Assembly: GCA_044224875.1 (NCBI GenBank)
Contig: JBGAJQ010000042.1
Coordinates: forward strand, 1 to 48,131
Reading direction: 5' to 3'
Length of the DNA: 48,131 nucleotides
Source: Gemmatimonadaceae bacterium
GTDB taxonomy: Bacteria > Gemmatimonadota > Gemmatimonadetes > Gemmatimonadales > Gemmatimonadaceae
Shown here: piece by piece, positions 1 through 9,504 of the stretch
Position numbering within the stretch: the first letter of the stretch is position 1
How the letters are laid out: every line of letters starts with the position of its first letter
The notes under the pieces: generated by a model
The model's database searches: none
Told to the model about the DNA's origin: nothing
The model's input: the letters and a program-made list of their open reading frames with translations, nothing else
Translations under genes and position numbers: made by a program

Positions 1-2295
1 GCCATCGGACACCTCTACGCACCTAACGCGGACCGAGGTGTCTTCAGGTCCAGGGACGGCGGAAAGACATGGCAGAAGGTGCTGTACAAGGACGAGAACG
101 TCGGGGCCGTGGAAGTCGTGATCGATCCGTCCAACGCTCAAGTCGTCTATGCAGGGCTGTGGAACACGCGGCGGCCGCCGTGGTTCACGTACGCCCCCAC
201 CAACGGGCCCGGTGGCGGCATCTACAAGTCGACGGACGGCGGGAGCACGTGGAAGGCGCTGACCACTGGACTCCCGAAGGCGGGTATCGGACGCACCGGG
301 ATCGCCGTGTCGCCGAGCAACGCACGCCGCGTCTATGCCGTGGTGGACTGCCTGCTACCGGAGGAGGGGGCACCGCCAGCCGCAACTGCAGGAAGTGCGA
401 CAGGGCGCGCGGCACCGCCGCCCCCGCAACAAGGCGGATTCTTCCGATCCGATGACGCCGGCGCTTCCTGGACGCGGTTGTCCGCTGATTCGGCGCTCTG
501 GGGCCGAGGGTGGTATTTCGAGAAGCTCGTCGTCGATCCCAGGAATGCCGACATCGTGTACGTGTGCAACGTCTCGGTGTCGCGTTCCATGGATGGCGGC
601 AAGAGCTGGGTGCCGCTCCGCGGATCGCCGGGTGGGGATGACTACCACCAGGCGTGGATCTCCTCGGACGACACCAACACGATGATCGTCGCGAGCGATC
701 AAGGCGCCATCATCACGCACAACGCCAAGAGCGAGGATCCGCGCGAGGTGACGTGGAGTTCGTGGCTCAACCAGCCCACGGCTCAGGTCTACCATATCTC
801 CGTCGACTACCGGTTTCCGTATTGGGTGACCGGAGCACAGCAGGACAGTGGGGCGGTGGCGGTGCGGTCGCGCGGGAAGTTCGCGGCCATCAGCACACGC
901 GACTGGGAGCCAGTTGGAGCTGGCGGTGAGAGCGGATATACCGCGGGCGATCCGTTACATCCTGGGATCATTTTTGGGGGCACCGGCCAGCGATGGAACC
1001 TGGAGACCAATACCCCCATGCCCGGTACCACCGTCCCGCGCTCCGAGGAGCCGGCGCGCGGCGACTGGACCCAACCCCTCGTCTTTTCCAAGGCAGACCC
1101 GAGGAATCTCTACTACGGCAGCCAGTTCCTCTTCAAGACGACGGACGGTGCGCGCACGTGGACCAGGCAGAGTGCCGACCTCACGCGCCCCGATCCCGGG
1201 GTTCCGAGCACGCTGGATGCCACAGCCGCTGCGCATGTCGACCGCAATGGCAAGCGGGGCGTCATCTACACGATCGCGCCGTCGCCACTGATGGTGCCGA
1301 TGATCTGGATTGGCACCGATGACGGACTGATTCAGCTGACGACGAACGACGGCAAGACGTGGCGCGACGTGACGCCAGCCGCCGTGACGCCGTGGAGTCG
1401 AGTCACGATGCTGGAGGCATCTCGCTTTGATGTCAACGTCGCCTACGCCAGCGTGGACCGCCATCAACTGCAGGACTTCGATCCTTACATCTACCGAACG
1501 CGGGACATGGGGAAATCCTGGGAGCGCATCTCGCGCGGCATTCCCGCTGGCGAGTACGTCCATACGATCAAGGAAGACACGGTGCGTCCCGGTCTACTTT
1601 TCGCCGGTACGGAACGTGGCGCGTATGTCTCACTGGATGACGGCGACACCTGGCAACCGTTGCAGCTGAATCTCCCGGTCACCTCCGTCCGCGACTTCGA
1701 AGTCTACGGGAACGACCTGATCGTCGGGACCCACGGCCGTGGCATCTGGGTCATCGACGACATCACGCCGCTCCGTCAGGTGGACGACAAAGTGCTAGCG
1801 GGAGAGCCGTACCTGTTCAAGCCAGCAGAGTCGTTCGCGGTGATTCAAGGGGGAGACAACGGGACGCCGCTCCAGAAGGACGAGCCTCAAACCGAGAACG
1901 CGCCAGAAGGGGCGATCCTGTACTACTACTTAGCGCGCGCCGCATCGTCGACGGTCACGATCGAAATTACGGATGCGGCGGGCACGGTCGTAGGATCGCT
2001 CTCCAGCAATCCTTCCGACACGCCGCCGGGCGGCCGCGGCCGGCCCGCGGGGGCGGGAATACCCAACACCACGGCCCTATGGCGTCAGCCACCATCACCG
2101 CTCTCGGGGGCCGTGGGGCTGCACCGTGCGGTCTGGCCCACGGTCGTTGGAGCTCGCGGCGACCCGTTCGGGCCGGGTGGCGGACGCGGGCCCATGCAAC
2201 GGGTCGGCGCCTTCACGGCCAAGCTGTCGGTAGACGGCAAGACGATGACGCAGACATTCAGCGTCCGCCCGCCGCCGGACGGGGGTGCGAGTTAA
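1..2295 (+). CDS. BNR/Asp-box repeat (VPS10/sialidase-like beta-propeller) glycoside-hydrolase-like protein, 5'-truncated by the window edge
   Basis: Frame 1 is open from base 1 (AIGHLYAPNADRGVFRSRDGGKTW...). It has many S/TxDxGxS/TW Asp-boxes (STDGGSTW, SDDAGASW, SMDGGKSW, TTDGARTW, TNDGKTW, TRDMGKSW, SLDDGDTW) and a GTHGRGIWVIDD motif. Stop TAA at 2293-2295. Confidence 0.85.
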   Translation, partial: AIGHLYAPNADRGVFRSRDGGKTWQKVLYKDENVGAVEVVIDPSNAQVVYAGLWNTRRPPWFTYAPTNGPGGGIYKSTDGGSTWKALTTGLPKAGIGRTGIAVSPSNARRVYAVVDCLLPEEGAPPAATAGSATGRAAPPPPQQGGFFRSDDAGASWTRLSADSALWGRGWYFEKLVVDPRNADIVYVCNVSVSRSMDGGKSWVPLRGSPGGDDYHQAWISSDDTNTMIVASDQGAIITHNAKSEDPREVTWSSWLNQPTAQVYHISVDYRFPYWVTGAQQDSGAVAVRSRGKFAAISTRDWEPVGAGGESGYTAGDPLHPGIIFGGTGQRWNLETNTPMPGTTVPRSEEPARGDWTQPLVFSKADPRNLYYGSQFLFKTTDGARTWTRQSADLTRPDPGVPSTLDATAAAHVDRNGKRGVIYTIAPSPLMVPMIWIGTDDGLIQLTTNDGKTWRDVTPAAVTPWSRVTMLEASRFDVNVAYASVDRHQLQDFDPYIYRTRDMGKSWERISRGIPAGEYVHTIKEDTVRPGLLFAGTERGAYVSLDDGDTWQPLQLNLPVTSVRDFEVYGNDLIVGTHGRGIWVIDDITPLRQVDDKVLAGEPYLFKPAESFAVIQGGDNGTPLQKDEPQTENAPEGAILYYYLARAASSTVTIEITDAAGTVVGSLSSNPSDTPPGGRGRPAGAGIPNTTALWRQPPSPLSGAVGLHRAVWPTVVGARGDPFGPGGGRGPMQRVGAFTAKLSVDGKTMTQTFSVRPPPDGGAS

Positions 2296-2340
2296 GGCCA
2301 CGGCCCCCTCGAACGTCCTGGATTGGACACGCCTCTGCTC

Positions 2341-2931
2341 TCAGTGAACAGAGGGAGGCCCCTGCCTGTCGCCCCACACCTCGTGGAAGAACTCCGGGAG
2401 GGACACCACCAGCGGTTCGCTTGCCCCTTCCGGATGCCACGCGAGCATCTCGTTCAAGATCTCCGGTCGAAGATCCTGCGGAGTCCAGCGCTCAATCAGC
2501 CGCGCATCGAGATCCACAATCCAGTACTCGGCGATGCCGGACCGCTGATACCGCAACCGCTTCGTGATGCGGTCATGTCGCGCCGATGCGGGAGACAGCA
2601 CCTCCACGGCCAGCAACGGAACGCCCGTTTCGCTCCAGTCACTGTATGGAGGATCGCTCGCCAACCTCGAGACCACAAATAGGTCGGGTTGGGACAACTG
2701 CTGGCTGTTGAGGTCAAGGTCGGCTGGAGCGAAGAGCGCCTCACCGATCGCATGCCGGCCCACAAACGGTCGCAGCCGAGCGAACAGCCCACCGACGGCG
2801 CGTTGGTGCACGTGCGATGGCGACGGGCTCACCAGCAACTCGCCGTCGATGAGCTCGTAACGGTTGCCGTCGTCAGGCAACGCCAGTACCTCGTCCCGAG
2901 TCCATTCCCGAGCGCGTTGCGGCATACCCAT
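2341..2931 (-). CDS. Uma2 (DUF820) family PD-(D/E)XK endonuclease-like protein
   Basis: Motifs RYELIDGELLVSPSP..HQ, QPDLFVV, LLAVEVLSP..DRITKRLRYQRSGIAEYWIVD. Confidence 0.9.
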   Translation of the reverse strand: MGMPQRAREWTRDEVLALPDDGNRYELIDGELLVSPSPSHVHQRAVGGLFARLRPFVGRHAIGEALFAPADLDLNSQQLSQPDLFVVSRLASDPPYSDWSETGVPLLAVEVLSPASARHDRITKRLRYQRSGIAEYWIVDLDARLIERWTPQDLRPEILNEMLAWHPEGASEPLVVSLPEFFHEVWGDRQGPPSVH

Positions 2932-3050
2932 AGCTTATCCTCCTCGACGTTGCTGGTGCAACTTGGCGGGCATGGTACCATGCCAGAAGATCGGCGATTC
3001 GGAGGCGAGGCGCGTCATCATTCGGTTGCGGGGCGGAGCAATTCCTTGCA

Positions 3051-4964
3051 CTACCGATACCCCGCCGCCTGCATGCCGAACAGCTCGGCGTAGAGACCGT
3101 GTCGGGCAACGAGTTCGTCGTGCGTACCATCCTCGACCAGTTCACCGTTCTGGAGCACCAGGATGCGGTCCGCCATGCGGACCGTGGAGAAGCGATGCGA
3201 GATGATCATGGCGGTGCGACCCGCCATCAGCTCGGAGAAGCGCAGGAACACGTCGTATTCGGCGCGGGCGTCCAGCGCGGCGGTCGGTTCATCGAGGATC
3301 AGCACTTGTGCCTCGCGCATGTAGGCGCGGGCCAGGGCGACCTTCTGCCATTCACCCCCCGACAGCTCCACCCCTTCGTCAAAGCGACGGCCGAGCATCT
3401 GGCGCCAACCTAACGACAACCGCGGAAGGAGGGAGGCGGCCAAGGACTTGTCGGCCGCGGCGCGCAAGGCATCGGGAACAGGGGATGTGGTGGTAGCCGG
3501 CATGGCGGCGTTGTCGGTTGGCGTTCCGGCATCGAGGTAGGTCTGGGCAATGTCGATGCCGCCAACGCCGACATTCTCATCGAAGCGCATGTCGTAGCGC
3601 ACGAAGTCCTGAAAGATCACGCCAATGGCTTGACGTAGCGACGCGAGGTCGTAGTCACGAAGGTCGACGCCGTCGAGGAGGATGCGTCCTTCGCTCGGGT
3701 CGTACAAACGCGCGAGGAGCTTGGTGAGGGTCGTCTTGCCGGCGCCATTCTCCCCAACGAGCGCGATGCGCTCGCCGGGGCGCAAGGCGAAGCTCACATG
3801 GCGCACGGCCCATCGGTCGCTCCCCGGATACTTGAACCCGACATCGTCAAAGACGAATCCTGTCTGGATCGGTCGTGGTGCACGACGTGCGCCGGGTTTG
3901 GTGGCGATCGTAGGCTTCATCTCGAAGAAGACGAAGAGGTCCCGGAGGTAGAGCGAGGCGTCGTAGATGCCCCCAGCGGCCGAGAGCAGCCCCTGGAGCA
4001 GGTCGCGGCCTCGCGCAAACGAGGCCGCGAGAAAGGTCAGGGAGCCTAACGAAATCGCCCCGGCCACGGTTCGCGCAATGATGATCAGGTAGGCCAGGTA
4101 GTAGCCCGCCGTGCTGATGAGCGACAGCCCGGAGGAGACAAAGGCCTTGCGAAGCGCGAGGTCGCGGTTCTCGTCGTACCATTGCTGCGACAGACGGCGA
4201 TAGCGCTCGATCAGCCACGGTGCCAGGCCGAACAGCTGCACTTCCTTGGCCGTCTCGTCGCTCGCGCCAACGTACCGCAGGTAATCGAGCTGACGGCGCT
4301 GCGGCGTCCACCGAAAGGTGAGGGAATACTGCATGGCGGCAAACCGTGTCTCGCTCACAAAACTCGGCAGGATGGTCACCAGGAGCAGGACCATGAGCCA
4401 CGGGCTGAATGCCAACAAGGCCGCGCTCAGCGTCAACAGCGTGACCAACCCTTCGCCAATGCCCAGCAATTGCGCGATCAGCCCAATGCGACCCACGGTC
4501 TGGCGGCGCGCGCGTTCGAGGTGATCGTAGAACGCGGGGTCCTCGAACATCGCCAGGTCCAACGTGGCGGCATGTTCCATCAGGCGAATGCTGACCCGAT
4601 TGCTGAACAGGTCGCCGAGCAACGCCTCCGAGAGCATGGCCGCGCGCGCCAGCAGTTCACCGAGCACCACGATGGCGATCTCAATCAGCACCAGGTGAAC
4701 GACTGGGCGCCACCCCGTGCCGGCGCGCTGTGCCGCCACCACGCCATCGATGATGAGCTTGCCGATGTACAGCGACGCGACGGGTACGAACGCGCGCAGT
4801 AATCGCAGGGCGCCCATGGTGAGCGTAAGCCCGCGATGCGTTTCCCACACGAGGCGCACGAGCTTGGGCACGTACTTGAGCGCGTTCCATCGCTCGCGCA
4901 GGCTAGGTCGGGCCTCGTCCTGCGGTATGCGGCCGCGCCCGACGACAAAGGGAATGCCAGTCAT
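3051..4964 (-). CDS. ABC transporter, fused permease/ATP-binding protein (MdlB-like exporter)
   Basis: N-terminal TM helices, Walker A GENGAGKT, signature LSGGEWQ, Walker B ILDEPT, H-loop SHR. Start placed at ATG 4964; the ORF-track extension to 5111 looks non-coding. Confidence 0.9.
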   Translation of the reverse strand: MTGIPFVVGRGRIPQDEARPSLRERWNALKYVPKLVRLVWETHRGLTLTMGALRLLRAFVPVASLYIGKLIIDGVVAAQRAGTGWRPVVHLVLIEIAIVVLGELLARAAMLSEALLGDLFSNRVSIRLMEHAATLDLAMFEDPAFYDHLERARRQTVGRIGLIAQLLGIGEGLVTLLTLSAALLAFSPWLMVLLLVTILPSFVSETRFAAMQYSLTFRWTPQRRQLDYLRYVGASDETAKEVQLFGLAPWLIERYRRLSQQWYDENRDLALRKAFVSSGLSLISTAGYYLAYLIIIARTVAGAISLGSLTFLAASFARGRDLLQGLLSAAGGIYDASLYLRDLFVFFEMKPTIATKPGARRAPRPIQTGFVFDDVGFKYPGSDRWAVRHVSFALRPGERIALVGENGAGKTTLTKLLARLYDPSEGRILLDGVDLRDYDLASLRQAIGVIFQDFVRYDMRFDENVGVGGIDIAQTYLDAGTPTDNAAMPATTTSPVPDALRAAADKSLAASLLPRLSLGWRQMLGRRFDEGVELSGGEWQKVALARAYMREAQVLILDEPTAALDARAEYDVFLRFSELMAGRTAMIISHRFSTVRMADRILVLQNGELVEDGTHDELVARHGLYAELFGMQAAGYR

Positions 4965-5215
4965 CCCGGAAACTACCGACCGGCGTTGCCTTGCGTCGAG
5001 CGCTCGCCCGGAGCGCCGCCGGCGAGACACGGCGCTCCTGTGACGGCGCAAGGGATTGTCCAAGCCGGAGTCGTCACCGCGAGTACGGACCCATGACGCA
5101 ACACGCGCCACGTTTCACCGTTGGAACGGGTACGCGTGGCGCGCGAGCGACGACCGAAGTCGCCTGTGTGATTCTCTACTGCGCACCCGCCGCGAGGGCG
5201 GGCCGCGCCGGTGGG

Positions 5216-5665
5216 TTACATGGGCTTCGGGCGATAGTAGACGTCGATCGTGCCGTCAGTATGAACGTCTGCAGCGATCACGTCCGCCGCCGTGAGCTTT
5301 GGCGTGGATTTCTCGAGTGCGCCAAGGATGACCGGCTGCGCATCGAACGATGTGCGCAGCTGTTCAATGTGCGCCGCGTGCGTTTCCAAGGCTGACTTTA
5401 CGGCCGCGTCGTTTTGTCCCTGGATCAGGGGTTCGGCGTTAACGAGCCGAACGTCGGCCTCCTTGAAGGGTCCGTGTTGCTTGATCGCCTCGAGGGTCTT
5501 GGGCGTTGTGTTGATTGCAGCGAGCAAGGTGCTGAACGAAGGCGCCTTGGCAACCTCGCCCTTGGACACGGTGGTGTCCTGGGCGTTGGCGCTTCCAGCA
5601 AAGGTTGCGGCCGCCAATGCAGCCGCCGCAAAGAGGATTCTGTGCTTGTGCATCTGCACCACCAT
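5216..5665 (-). CDS. Secreted hypothetical protein with Sec signal peptide
   Basis: MHKHRILFAAAALAAATFAGSANA-QD signal peptide and coding-like codon bias. The true start may be ATG 5653. Confidence 0.75.
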   Translation of the reverse strand: MVVQMHKHRILFAAAALAAATFAGSANAQDTTVSKGEVAKAPSFSTLLAAINTTPKTLEAIKQHGPFKEADVRLVNAEPLIQGQNDAAVKSALETHAAHIEQLRTSFDAQPVILGALEKSTPKLTAADVIAADVHTDGTIDVYYRPKPM

Positions 5666-5910
5666 CTACTTGAAAGAGTCAGCGTGCGCTCGCGCTCGCC
5701 GGGGTCCGGCTGCGAGCTCGGTCATCGTGCACGAGAAGGTGCGTTTGTGCGTCGGCCGATAGCTGCGAGCTAGATCACACGTTAGGCGGGCTGGGCGGTA
5801 GTTGTGCGCAGCAGATGGACGCAGCGCCGAGCATGTGTGCCCGACCACCACGAGTGCCTAACGAGCTGCGTCCTGCGGCAACGGACAGGCGTGCTGGGCT
5901 GTATCTGGCC

Positions 5911-6672
5911 TTAACGCTCGACGATGCGCACGCCCTTTGGCGCCTTGAAGGCGAACGCATCCGGTCCCACGGCGGCATTGGCCGAAAAGTGCGTGATCTT
6001 CACCACACGCGTGATCCCTGATGGTTCTACTGCCTCGAACTGCCGAAGCGTACCGTCAGCCGCATCTATCCACACCCTGGCCTTGGTAAAGGTGGCCGCC
6101 TGCCCCTTAGGGGTGAGGGACACCACGCGCACGGACCGGCCATCCAGCGTGACCGCGCCGCCATCGGCAATCGTGTACCGCGTGCGGGGATTGCTGAAAA
6201 ACTCCCCGATCATGTCCAGGCTGCCAGCGGCATCGGCGGAGACCGGCGAACGCATCACCTGACCGGGTGCCGACGATGGAAGATAGATCCACACATTCTT
6301 CCCGTCGGACACGATCACGTCGCCCTTGGGTTCAGCAAAACGAAAGGCAAACCGGTCCGGACGTGCCTGCTGAAACTCCCCTCGTGACGACAGCTTGGTC
6401 CCGGTAAGGGAGTTGGTGATCGTTTGCTCGAACGTTGCGCGCGCCGTCCGCACCTGCGCGTACGCGGCGACGGCCTGGTCGATGGCTTTCCCCGCGCCAT
6501 CCTGGATGAGGGAGTGATCGACGAGGGAAGCGGCCAGCGTGACGGGGCGAACAAGACTGAGAGCGAGCGCTTGCCTGCTACCCGAGGCCTTCGCTTCGCC
6601 ACCCTGAACGAGGGAGAGGGGGACTAGGGTAGCGGCCACGGTGAAGCGCCGAAAAGAAATAGGATTGAGCAC
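5911..6672 (-). CDS. lolA: Outer-membrane lipoprotein carrier protein LolA
   Basis: ATFEQT, ARPDRFAFRFAEPKGDVIVSDGKNVWIY and C-terminal FAFKAPKGVRIVE motifs. Start placed at GTG 6672, just after the aroF stop. Confidence 0.85.
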   Translation of the reverse strand: MLNPISFRRFTVAATLVPLSLVQGGEAKASGSRQALALSLVRPVTLAASLVDHSLIQDGAGKAIDQAVAAYAQVRTARATFEQTITNSLTGTKLSSRGEFQQARPDRFAFRFAEPKGDVIVSDGKNVWIYLPSSAPGQVMRSPVSADAAGSLDMIGEFFSNPRTRYTIADGGAVTLDGRSVRVVSLTPKGQAATFTKARVWIDAADGTLRQFEAVEPSGITRVVKITHFSANAAVGPDAFAFKAPKGVRIVER

Positions 6673-6679
6673 GTGCCTG

Positions 6680-7732
6680 CTACCCGATCTCGAGCGCGAC
6701 AGTTCCCGGGCTCGGCGCCACCACGCGCCCGATGGCTTGAGCGATAGCGCGCAACTCGGCCATGAGTCGCGTGAATTGTTCCGGATACAAGGACTGCGCG
6801 CCGTCCGAGAGGGCGCGGTCCGGCGTGGGATGGACTTCCACGAGGATGCCATCCGCGCCAGCTGCAACGGCCGCTCGTGCCATCGGCGTCACCTTGTCCC
6901 TCAAACCCGTGCCGTGACTGGGATCGGCAATGATCGGCAGGTGCGAATCGCGATGCACGATCGGAATGGCATTCAGGTCAAACATGTTCCGCGCAGCAGA
7001 GTCGAACGATCGTATCCCGCGCTCGCAGAGGATCACTTGCGTGTTGCCCTCTGCCAGCAGGTATTCGGCGCTCAAGAGCAGTTCCGAGATCGTCGCCGCC
7101 ATGCCGCGCTTGAGGAGCACCGGCTTGCGTAGCCGGCCGATCGCCTTCAATAGCGAGTAGTTCTGCATGTTCCGCGCGCCGATCTGGATGCAGTCAGCGT
7201 ACTCGGCCACCATTTCGGCGCCCGCTTCATCCATGGCCTCGGTGACGATGGGGAGACCCGTCTCTCGTCGCGCGAGCGCCAGCAGTTCGAGTCCCCGTTT
7301 GCCGAGCCCCTGGAACGAGTAAGGTGACGAGCGCGGCTTGAATGCACCGCCACGAAGTGCCGTTGCGCCGGCGGCGCGAACGGCGCGCGCCGCTGTCACG
7401 ATCTGTTCCTCCGATTCCACCGAGCACGGCCCGGCGATCACAACGACCTCGTTGCCACCGACGCGGACGCCGGGCGCCAGGGTCACGATGGTGTTCTCCG
7501 GACGCCATTCCCGGGACACCTGCTTGTACGGCTTGCTGACGTGAATGACTTGCGCTACGCCGGAAAGCCCAACGATCCGCGAGTCGTCCACCCGGCCATC
7601 GTTTCCAACCAAGCCGATGGCCGTGCGTTGCTCGCCGGGCATGGGTGCCGGCGTATAGCCCATCTTCTCGATGACACGACACACTTCGTCGATGTCCGCC
7701 TGCGTCGCGTTATGCTGCATCACCACGAGCAT
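6680..7732 (-). CDS. aroF: 3-deoxy-7-phosphoheptulonate (DAHP) synthase, type I-beta with N-terminal regulatory domain
   Basis: [57 protein letters not shown]...SDG. Confidence 0.95.
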   Translation of the reverse strand: MLVVMQHNATQADIDEVCRVIEKMGYTPAPMPGEQRTAIGLVGNDGRVDDSRIVGLSGVAQVIHVSKPYKQVSREWRPENTIVTLAPGVRVGGNEVVVIAGPCSVESEEQIVTAARAVRAAGATALRGGAFKPRSSPYSFQGLGKRGLELLALARRETGLPIVTEAMDEAGAEMVAEYADCIQIGARNMQNYSLLKAIGRLRKPVLLKRGMAATISELLLSAEYLLAEGNTQVILCERGIRSFDSAARNMFDLNAIPIVHRDSHLPIIADPSHGTGLRDKVTPMARAAVAAGADGILVEVHPTPDRALSDGAQSLYPEQFTRLMAELRAIAQAIGRVVAPSPGTVALEIG

Positions 7733-7775
7733 GTCAAACCTCAGAAGTCATGCGTCCATCCGTCATGGCACAACA

Positions 7776-8459
7776 CTACGGCTGCTCCACCGGCGGATAA
7801 AAATGCGTGAGCGCCAACAGTTTGGGTTGCGTGATGGCCGCCACCGCTCCGCACTGACGCGGTGTCAGGTGCGTCGCATGCGCCAGCGAATCCGGCAGCG
7901 AGCACTCGCACACGAGCACATCGCACCCGCCGGCCCAGTCCGCGAAGCCCTCGTCAAACGCCGTGTCCCCCGAAACCACCAACCGGACTGCACCGCTCGT
8001 GACGGAATATGCCACACTCTCATCCGTGTGCGGTACCTTCCGCGCCTCCATGGAGCAGGACGCGCTCAGGGAAAGTGCGTCGCCCGGGGCAAGCTCCATG
8101 ATTCGCAGCTCCGGGATAGCTTCGAGCATGGAAAGTCCGAGCGCCATGGCGTGGCGTTGGACGAGCTCGAGCGTGCCAACCGGGCCGACGATCGTCGCCG
8201 GAGCGGATCTCGGTGGCAGCTGACCCCAGCGCCACGCAAACAACAGGGTAGCCAGGTCCGACGTGTGATCGGCGTGGAAGTGGGTGAGGGCAATATGGGT
8301 GATGCCACTCCACGGCACGCCAAGCCCGGCCATTCGGAACACCGCTCCCGAGCCACAGTCGATGAGCAGGCGAACGTCGTCGACCTCCACATAGGTGGCG
8401 CTCTGCACGCGCAGCGGGTGGGGAGCCGCCGTGCCGGTTCCCACGGTCGTTAGGCGCAC
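7776..8459 (-). CDS. RNase Z/BN-like metallo-beta-lactamase-fold hydrolase; C-terminus apparently frameshifted, with the remnant ending at 7741
   Basis: GTGTA, IDCGSG, THFHADH (HxHxDH), PHT, SGDT, ECS..HLTP, LTHFYP motifs. Confidence 0.85.
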   Translation of the reverse strand: MRLTTVGTGTAAPHPLRVQSATYVEVDDVRLLIDCGSGAVFRMAGLGVPWSGITHIALTHFHADHTSDLATLLFAWRWGQLPPRSAPATIVGPVGTLELVQRHAMALGLSMLEAIPELRIMELAPGDALSLSASCSMEARKVPHTDESVAYSVTSGAVRLVVSGDTAFDEGFADWAGGCDVLVCECSLPDSLAHATHLTPRQCGAVAAITQPKLLALTHFYPPVEQP

Positions 8460-8466
8460 GACGCCC

Positions 8467-9504
8467 TCAGCGCCCGCGAAACAGCGCGCGTTTGAACTGC
8501 ACGCTGTACGTGGTCTTCAGCCGAAACAGGTACACACCGGTCGGCACGATCGACCCATCGTCGGCCCGGCCGTCCCACGCGAAGCGGGCATCGCAGCCGC
8601 TGTCGCTCCCGACCACGCCGCGTCCGTAACGTCCCGGCACGAAGGCCCCAGACACGCTCGGGCCGGGAACCAGGGTTCGGACCAGCGACCCGCGGATGTC
8701 GAGCACCGTCAGCGTCACCGTAGTCGCGCGATGCAGGTCGAACCAGACGCAGGTGCTCGCGTTGCTGGGTGAAGGGAAGGGGTTGGGGAAGTTCTGGTAG
8801 AGCAGCGTGACCGTGGGGGCCCCAGGGTCCACGATCACGAATGAGGCGTCGCTCCGCGTCACGGAGGAGTCGCCAGTCGGCAGGTACGCCGTCACCGACC
8901 ACCGATAGGACGAATTCGTCTCCAGATCGACGCTCGGTGTGACGGTGGTATCGGGCGTTGGGCCAAGACGAATTGCCTGACGGGTGGCCACGTTTTCCAC
9001 GGTGACGACAAACTGCCAGCTACCTAACGACGAAGGAACAGGTGCAGGGCTCCAGACAAAACGCGGTCGGCGTGAATCGACGGTAACCCCGCGAACCGAG
9101 TTGGGATCGATCAGGCGTGTCCACGCTGCGGCCACGCGCGGTCCTGTGACGTCGGAGACGATGTCCGTGCCACGCGCGGTTCGAGCCCGTGCTCGCCAAT
9201 AGATCGTCTGGCCGCCGGGAAGCGGACGTTGAGGCGTGCCGCGGAGGGAGTCGCCCGCCCCCGAGAGTTCGTAGAGCAGTGGCGGTGCAAAGTCCGGACG
9301 ATCCGCCACCTGTAGCGTAAGCGCGAGCGGCTGATCCAGCGGGTCGACGTCTGACGCACGCACGATGAACTGTGGCAGCACCGTGCGCAGGGTGTCGCCG
9401 GGGGGGCCGGCAACGGTGATTCGCGTGGCGTAGCTACTCCGTGCCGCGGCGACGAGCGTGGCGCCGAGGAGGATCGCCGTCAGCCCGTACTTCCGCCGCA
9501 TCAC
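8467..9504 (-). CDS. Secreted protein with Ig/FN3-like domains and a C-terminal FlgD-Ig-like domain
   Basis: Signal-like N-terminus; LLYQNFPNPFP...LDIRGSLVRTL...WDGRADDG..VPTGVYLFRL. Start overlaps the smc stop (ATGA). Confidence 0.75.
   Translation of the reverse strand: MMRRKYGLTAILLGATLVAAARSSYATRITVAGPPGDTLRTVLPQFIVRASDVDPLDQPLALTLQVADRPDFAPPLLYELSGAGDSLRGTPQRPLPGGQTIYWRARARTARGTDIVSDVTGPRVAAAWTRLIDPNSVRGVTVDSRRPRFVWSPAPVPSSLGSWQFVVTVENVATRQAIRLGPTPDTTVTPSVDLETNSSYRWSVTAYLPTGDSSVTRSDASFVIVDPGAPTVTLLYQNFPNPFPSPSNASTCVWFDLHRATTVTLTVLDIRGSLVRTLVPGPSVSGAFVPGRYGRGVVGSDSGCDARFAWDGRADDGSIVPTGVYLFRLKTTYSVQFKRALFRGR

Noticed and set aside
2341..2931. Uma2 nuclease as part of a defence island
   Set aside because: It is solitary, with no methylase, antitoxin or other defence genes adjacent. 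The family is commonly dispersed in such genomes.
4965..5111. ORF-track N-terminal extensions (ABC transporter; also lolA to 6867, rsfS to 19790, trxA from 32489, FAH from 43911, lexA to 46591)
   Set aside because: They are low-complexity or overlap neighbouring genes and terminators. Family homology starts at the downstream starts used above.
7776..7778. TAG read-through or pyrrolysine recoding in the RNase Z-like gene
   Set aside because: The conserved-looking tail is in a different frame, so read-through would not restore it.
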